Source: Tubiluchus corallicola
Taxonomy: Eukaryota; Animalia; Priapulida
Assembly: GCA_030141605.1 (NCBI GenBank)
Contig: JAQGDQ010002055.1
Span: forward strand, 1 to 16,491
Reading direction: 5' to 3'
Length of the DNA stretch: 16,491 bases
A program made the position numbers and the translations under genes. Position 1 is the stretch's first letter. Every line of letters begins with the position of its first letter. Of this stretch, positions 9,606 to 16,491 are shown piece by piece. The notes below the pieces were generated by a model, which saw only the letters and a program-made list of their open reading frames with translations, was not told where the DNA came from and did no database searches.

Positions 9606-9943
9606 ATAGTACTACAATAGAAAGTACTGAAAAATATTCACACAAACGCACGCAGACCCGATACAAGACAGACATGAATGATTAAAAAAATACAAAGTTC
9701 ATAGATCAAAAATTAAAATTGCATATATTTGTTTTCTGATACGAACAGTAAGCAAACAGTTTGCCAGTTATACCATTTGGTAGTTCTACAAGCTCACATA
9801 CATATCATTCAATTATTTTTCCTGTAAGTTGTAATGACATTATAGTTTTGATATTAAAAGTAACAAATTTTTTACTTATACTACATCTAAATGCTATGAG
9901 AGTTGAATAGCCTTTACGAAACGCCTGGTTGTGAGCTGTCATT

Positions 9944-10224
9944 CTTCTTCTTCTTCTTCTTCCCAGCTTTTCCCTATTCGGGGTCGCCGTTGTGAATGAG
10001 TTTTCGGTCTTCTTTAGAGAAGCTGCTTCCAGCCCATAGATTAGAGCGGGTCTGACCACTTCTTTGTGGGCTTTACCTTCAAGTCTCACCGACTCATTCA
10101 TAGAAGGTTTTGGTGCAGTTTTTACAGGCGGATGCCCTTCCTGACCCTAACCCTCCCTATTTATCCGGGCTTGGGACCGGCACTGCGTTGGACTGGCTTG
10201 CCCCCACCCCCCAGTGGCTAGGTT
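9944..10224 (-). mobile_element. Short non-autonomous RTE-clade (Rex3/Expander-like) retroposon
   Basis: 18-bp TSD TGGTTGTGAGCTRTCATT (9926-9943, 10225-10242); RTE-type 5' UTR motif GGTCCCAAGCCCGGATAAA..GGAGGGTT..CAGGAAGGGCATCCG; internal peptide RLEGKAHKEVVRPALIYGLEAASLKKTE (RTE KGKxYKxVVRPAxxYGxE); 3' end GGCGACCCC...(GAA)n. Confidence 0.88.
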
Positions 10225-10444
10225 TGGTTGTGAGCTATCATTAAGATAGTGTAATTGTACTGAAAGACGTTATACCACAAAAACACGTACATAAAATAGA
10301 CACACAACACAGGTATGCACAACACCTAGAAATCTTAAAAAGTTTATTTACACTTACATAAAGAACTTTTAACGGCGCTTTCCTAGACAAAGCATCAGGC
10401 AAATCCTAAAAAAAATTAAAGAAAAAATATATATAACTAAAGTT

Positions 10445-10493
10445 TCACATGAAGCCATGCAGACACCACTGTCACATGAAGCCATACAGACAC
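10445..10493. repeat. Short tandem duplication, period 27 bp
   Basis: TCACATGAAGCCATRCAGACAC present at 10445 and 10472. Confidence 0.8.
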
Positions 10494-10835
10494 AAGTACA
10501 GAGTCAATGGACTTACCCTCAAAAGGCTCCACCTATTAGTTATCGCGAGAGTTTAAATTTACAAGTTTTTTACAGTATACTGCTAACGCAAGCTCTATAT
10601 GCAATAAGGCAGCACTTAAGTCGTGCACAATTTCTAGGCGACTTTAAAGTTTCATTTATGAAGAATGTTTTCTTGTGCTTTAAGAGTTTAAACCAACCTG
10701 CTTTTCTTAGTTTACTATATACAACTAATTTTGTTGACTAAGCCTGAGTTTAACTTATCACTTTACAGTTGCTCAAAGCTGTACCTCGTGTTGGAAATGA
10801 AAGCAAACTGAATTGAATACTACAGTAATACTTAC

Positions 10836-10939
10836 AGACGTGTAAAGTTTTCCATTCTTATTCATGCAAACGAATCTCCCTGTTTCACTACCCTTGATCC
10901 CGACCACGCCCACAGCTACAGAAATGAGCTGCAACACGG
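10836..10939 (-). CDS. FGF: FGF family gene, middle coding exon (104 bp)
   Basis: Reads (x)VLQLISVAVGVVGIKGSETGRFVCMNKNGKLYTS, a classic FGF beta4-beta7 segment. Flanked by ttttttctttttcAG and GTAAGT; 104 bp with phase 1 in and phase 0 out, as in the conserved FGF exon 2. Joins in frame to exon 267-623. Not in the ORF track. Confidence 0.95.
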
Positions 10940-11106
10940 CTGAAAAAGAAAAAATCCATTATTGATTTTTTTGTTTACTAAGAAGATGGTGCGAAATGAC
11001 CATAAGGTTTTTCTTAATAAACAAATCAAATATTGGTTACTTGCAGAAACCTTTTCGAAAATAAATGGGACTGAATTAACTAAATAATGGCAGCAGTCAA
11101 GCTACC

Positions 11107-11680
11107 AACTAATCAAACAAAGAACCAACCAACAACTAAGCAATCAAACAAACAACCAACCAACCAATCAATCAAACAAAGAACCAACCAATCAAACAAA
11201 GAACCAACCAACCAACAGCCAACCAATCAAACAAACAGCCAACCAATCAAACAACAGCCAACCAATCAAATAAACAACCAACCAATCAAACAAAGAACCA
11301 ACCAACAACTAACCAATCAAACAAACAACCAACCAATCAAACAAAGAATCAACAAATCAAACAAGCAACCAATCAAACAAACAGCCAACCAATCAAACAA
11401 CAGCCAACCAACCAAACAAACAACCAACCAATCAAGCAAAGAACCAACGAACAATTAACCAATCAAACAAACAACCAACCAATCAAACAAAGAATCAACA
11501 AATCAAACAAACAATCAACCAATCAAACAAACAAACAACCAATCAAACAAAGAACCAACAAATCAAACAACCAACCAACCAATCAAACAAAGAACCAACC
11601 AATCGAACAACTAACCAAGAAAGAAACAACCAATCAAACAAACAACCAGCAACCAACCAAGAAAGAAACAAACAAATAAA
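11107..11680. repeat. Complex low-complexity A/C-rich repeat of AAAC/AATC/AACC tetramers
   Basis: Recurrent ACCAATCAAACAAAGA-like units; explains the N/Q/T-rich ORF 11087-11458. Confidence 0.95.
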
Positions 11681-11887
11681 ACCACAGAACACTGTAATAT
11701 TGTAATAATTCTTTTCTACAACAACAAAAATACCATTACAAAATTTATCCAAAAAAACATTGAAATTCTACACAATTGAGCACAGCAAACAACAAACAAA
11801 CTTATTAGAAAGTTTAAATCTAACTCCACCAAGACTAATTACACCAGCCTGTTATACTTGCATTTTAGCTTTTAATCCACTTTCTCG

Positions 11888-11903
11888 CCAACAGGTGGTG
11901 CTA
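11888..11903 (+). promoter_or_regulatory. CTCF-like motif
   Basis: CCAACAGGTGGTGCTA; 2 mismatches to the core consensus. Confidence 0.35.
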
Positions 11904-12541
11904 CATTTTTTCGTACAAGAACTAGATTATCAACTAGAAAAGTGTTTTAAACATCAGTGCCTCCATCTACAAAAATAATTTCATTGTCACGTGATTTAAT
12001 GACCTTGAAAAACCAGAGAAACTCTTGCTCCAAACCACAGAATTTGGTTAAGAAGACAGAGAAAAAGTTGAGACTTTCCAAAAGTACAAAAAAAAAGAAT
12101 CTCAATTTTGAGATAACAAAAAAACAGAAATTGGGCGTTCCGCATTGTAAACAGGGTTCGAAACTGCTCGAAAGCTTGGCAAACTTTTTTCTCGATACTT
12201 GGCTTCTGTTCTAAATAACTGAATATTATTTATAAATGGCATAAATTACACAAACAGAAGAAGAAGCCACCCGCTGAGTTCAACGTGGCAGCAATTACGA
12301 ATTAACGAGTCTGCTGAACCGTGACGGGTCGAAAAAAACCTGGCTTCCTTCTGGGAAACCTGCTGAAACGGCTGAGCGGTACAGGTGCTCTCACGTATGT
12401 TTCTGATAGACCTAGATACATCGAGATCATGTGGTGGAAATATGTGAGATTTGCCACTAGAGTTCAGACCGTTCGTCTCCTTGAACATTGAATTTTGCAG
12501 TTAAATAATGTGCGTCTACAGCTGTTACAAGACAAAAACCA

Positions 12542-12737
12542 ATTATTACTATTATTATTATTATTGTTATTGTCATTGTCATTGTCATTGTCATTGTCAT
12601 TGTCATTGTCATTGTCATTGTCATTGTCATTGTCATTGTCATTGTCATTGTCATTGTCATTGTCATTATCATTATCATTATCATTATCATTATCATTAAC
12701 ATTATCATTATTATTGCAATTGTTATCGTTATCGTTA

Positions 12738-12781
<44 letters not shown>

Positions 12782-12825
12782 ACTGTCACTGTCACTATCA
12801 CTATCACTATCACTATCACTATCAC

Positions 12826-12861
<36 letters not shown>
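12542..12861. repeat. Compound tri-/hexanucleotide microsatellite
   Basis: Blocks (ATT)n, (TGTCAT)n, (TATCAT)n, (TATCGT)n, (TGTCGT)n, (TGTCAC)n, (TATCAC)n, (TATCAT)n, (ATT)n. Confidence 0.97.
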
Positions 12862-13131
12862 AATTCTTAATTTTTAAAAACTATGTACAGAATACATTCC
12901 TTCTATTTGTAGGGATATGTTTAAAATTTCTAAAAGCATTTACAACGTATTAAACCTATTCACATATATATATATAATTTAGAATCCAACGCATGAGACA
13001 CATTGAACGACAACGATCATATACAATAGACATAGTTACAAATTATAATCCAACACTACATACATACATAATAAACGATAACGAACATATTTTAATACTT
13101 AGTAACAAAAATTTACACACATTATACACAA

Positions 13132-16100
13132 TGTACATCCTATAGTTACTATTTACGTGCGTGGTCTAATGCTTGCATATATGGTTGTACATCCTATAGT
13201 TACTATTTACGTGCGTGGTCTAATGCTTGCCTATGTGGTTGTACATCCTATAGTTACTATTTACGAGCGTGGTCTAATGCTTGCCTATGTGGTTGTACAT
13301 CCTATAGTTACTATTTACGAGCGTGGTCTAATGCTTGCCTATGTGGTTGTACATCCTATAGTTACTATTTACGTGCGTGGTCTAATGCTTGCCTATATGG
13401 TTGTACATCCTATAGTTACTATTTACGTGCGTGGTCTAATGCTTGCCTATATGGTTGTACATCCTATACTTACTATTTACGAGCGTGGTCTAATGCTTGC
13501 CTATGTGGTTGTACATCCTATAGTTACTATTTACGCGCGTGGTCTAATGCTTGCCTATGTGGTTGTACATCCTATAGTTACTATTTACGTGCGTGGTCTA
13601 ATGCTTGCCTATGTGGTTGTACATCCTATAGTTACTATTTACGAGCGTGGTCTAATGCTTGCCTATGTGGTTGTACATCCTATAGTTACTATTTACGTGC
13701 GTGGTCTAATGCTTGCCTATGTGGTTGTACATCCTGCGTGGTCTAATGCTTGCCTATGTGGTTGTACATCCTATAGTTACTATTTACGAGCGTGGTCTAA
13801 TGCTTGCCTATGTGGTTGTACATCCTATAGTTACTATTTACGTGCGTGGTCTAATGCTTGCCTATATAGTTGTACATCCTATAGTTACTATTTACGTGCG
13901 TGGTCTAATGCTTGCCTATATGGTTGTACATCCTATACTTACTATTTACGAGCGTGGTCTAATGCTTGCCTATGTGGTTATACATCCTATAGTTACTATT
14001 TACACGTGTGGTCTAATGCTTGCCTATGTGGTTGTACATCCTATAGTTACTATTTACGTGCTTGGTCTAATGCTTGCCTATATGGTTGTACATCCTATAG
14101 TTACTATTTACGAGCGTGGTCTAATGCTTGCCTATGTGGTTGTACATCCTATAGTTACTATTTACATGTGTGGTCTAATGCTTGCCTATGTGGTTGTACA
14201 TCTTATAGTTACTATTTACGCGTGTGGTCTAATACTTGCCTATGTGGTTGTACATCTTATAGTTACTATTTACGCGTGTGGTCTAATACTTGCCTATGTG
14301 GTTGTACATCCTATAGTTACTATTTACGTGCGTGGTCTAATGCTTGCCTATATGGTTGTACATCCTGTAGTTACTATTTACGAGCGTGGTCTAATGCTTG
14401 CCTATGTGGTTGTACATCCTGTAGTTACTATTTACACGTGTGGTCTAATGCTTGCCTATATAGTTGTACATCCTATAGTTACTATTTACGAGCATGGTCT
14501 AATGCTTGCCTATATGGTTGTATATCCTATAGTTACTATTTACGAGCGTGGTCTAATGCTTGCCTATGTGGTTGTACATCCTATAGTTACTATTTACGAG
14601 CGTGGTCTAATGCTTGCCTATGTGGTTGTACATCCTATAGTTACTATTTACGTGCGTGGTCTAATGCTTGCCTATATAGTTGTACATCCTATAGTTACTA
14701 TTTACGAGCGTGGTCTAATGCTTGCCTATGTGGTTGTATATCCTATAGTTACTATTTACGAGCGTGGTCTAATGCTTGCCTATGTGGTTGTACATCCTAT
14801 AGTTACTATTTACGAGCGTGGTCTAATGCTTGCCTATGTGGTTGTACATCCTATAGTTACTATTTACGAGCGTGGTCTAATGCTTGCCTATGTGGTTGTA
14901 CATCCTATAGTTACTATTTACGTGCGTGGTCTAATGCTTGCCTATGTGGTTGTACATCCTATAGTTACTATTTACGTGCGTGGTCTAATGCTTGCCTATG
15001 TTGTTGTACATCCTATAGTTACTATTTACGTGTGTGGTCTAATACTTGCCTATGTGGTTGTACATCCTATAGTTACTATTTACGAGCGTGGTCTAATGCT
15101 TGCCTATGTGGTTGTATATCCTATAGTTACTATTTACGTGCGTGGTATAATGCTTGCCTATATGGTTGTACATCCTATAGTTACTATTTACGTGCGTGGT
15201 CTAATGCTTGCCTATGTGGTTGTACATCCTATAGTTACTATTTACACGTGTGGTCTAATGCTTGCCTACGTGGTTGTACATCCTATAGTTACTATTTACG
15301 TGTGTGGTCTAATACTTGCCTATGTGGTTGTACATCCTGTAGTTACTATTTACGCACGTGGTCTAATGCTTGCCTATGTGGTTGTACATCCTATAGTTAC
15401 TATTTACGTGTGTGGTCTAATACTTGCCTATGTGGTTGTACATCCTATAGTTACTATTTACGAGCGTGGTCTAATGCTTGCCTATGTGGTTGTACATCCT
15501 ATAGTTACTATTTACGTGCGTGGTCTAATGCTTGCCTATGTGGTTGTACATCCTATAGTTACTATTTACGAGCGTGGTCTAATGCTTGCCTATGTGGTTG
15601 TACATCCTATAGTTACTATTTACGAGCGTGGTCTAATGCTTGCCTATGTGGTTGTACATCCTATAGTTACTATTTACGTGCATGGTCTAATGCTTGCCTA
15701 TGTAGTTGTACATCCTATAGTTACTATTTACGTGCGTGGTCTAATGCTTGCCTATGTGGTTGTACATCCTATAGTTACTATTTACATGCGTGGTCTAATG
15801 CTTGCCTATGTGGTTGTACATCCTATAGTTACTATTTACGTGTGTGGTCTAATACTTGCCTATGTGGTTGTACATCCTGTAGTTACTATTTACGCACGTG
15901 GTCTAATGCTTGCCTATGTGGTTGTACATCCTATAGTTACTATTTACGTGTGTGGTCTAATACTTGCCTATGTGGTTGTACATCCTATAGTTACTATTTA
16001 CGAGCGTGGTCTAATGCTTGCCTATGTGGTTGTACATCCTATAGTTACTATTTACGTGCGTGGTCTAATGCTTGCCTATGTGGTTGTACATCCTATAGTT

Positions 16101-16273
16101 ACTATTTACGTGCGTGGTCTAATGCTTGCCTATGTGGTTGTACATCCTGTAGTTACTATTTACGTGCGTGGTATAATGCTTGCCTATGTGGTTGTACATC
16201 CTATAGTTACTATTTACGTGCGTGGTCTAATGCTTGCCTATATGGTTGTACATCCTATAGTTACTATTTACGT
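13132..16273. repeat. 54-bp tandem satellite/minisatellite, ~58 units
   Basis: Unit TGTACATCCTATAGTTACTATTTACGWGCGTGGTCTAATGCTTGCCTATGTGGT, head to tail with no spacers; one unit lacks 17 bp at ~13735. Confidence 0.98.
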
Positions 16274-16491
16274 TACAAAGGGAGCCCCAACAGACCAATC
16301 CAAAATTATGATCAAGGTTTCTATGCCCCTGAAATTCGAATACAAACCTTCTGGAAATGTTTTGATTTTAATTTGGACTAATATTCTGCATTTATGCATT
16401 ATCATAACAACACGTGCTTGTAATTTCAGTCAGTTTAGCACGCAATAAGTTCTGGCACTGGGCCTACAAACGTGCTTCAAAGATTCGTTTA

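Larger units (their letters stand above)
10940..16491 (-). other. FGF upstream intron (partial); exon 1 presumably outside the window
   Basis: Acceptor AG at 10941-10940; no exon-1-like coding sequence (LY...L.I..DG.V.G) recognised in the rest of the window. Confidence 0.7.

Noticed and set aside
13132-16273. CRISPR-like array
   Set aside because: Units are contiguous and near-identical with no unique spacers, there are no cas genes, and the context is eukaryotic. The same applies to the 60-bp array.
13157-16448. Two giant ORFs (1074 aa and 911 aa) of 18-aa repeats, one Cys/Tyr-rich and one hydrophobic
   Set aside because: They arise because the 54-bp unit is a multiple of 3 and stop-free in two frames. 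The peptides swap frames at the 17-bp deletion, there is no signal peptide or unique domain, and they lie antisense in an FGF intron. Only transcript or proteomic evidence would revive them.

Overview
AT-rich animal genomic DNA, probably a bilaterian invertebrate (inferred from CTCF-type motifs, TTAGGG-type repeats and the transposon spectrum); it is not prokaryotic. The window lies inside a minus-strand fibroblast growth factor (FGF) gene. The canonical 104-bp middle exon (10836-10939, missed by the ORF track) splices in frame across a 10.2-kb phase-0 intron to the last coding exon (267-623); exon 1 was not found and is probably beyond 16491. The FGF carries unusual, very basic insertions. 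The introns hold a piggyBac-type MITE, two inverted copies of a hAT MITE, a TIR element with an internal 60-bp array, a telomere-repeat element, two CR1-group LINE 3' fragments, a tripartite RTE-derived retroposon with an 18-bp TSD, compound microsatellites and a ~3.1-kb 54-bp satellite. The satellite explains the two very long ORFs. No CRISPR array or clearly novel multi-gene system is supported. The best leads are the FGF itself, the RTE-derived element, the satellite-bearing transposon and a possible antisense promoter or nested gene at ~7.85-8.4 kb.
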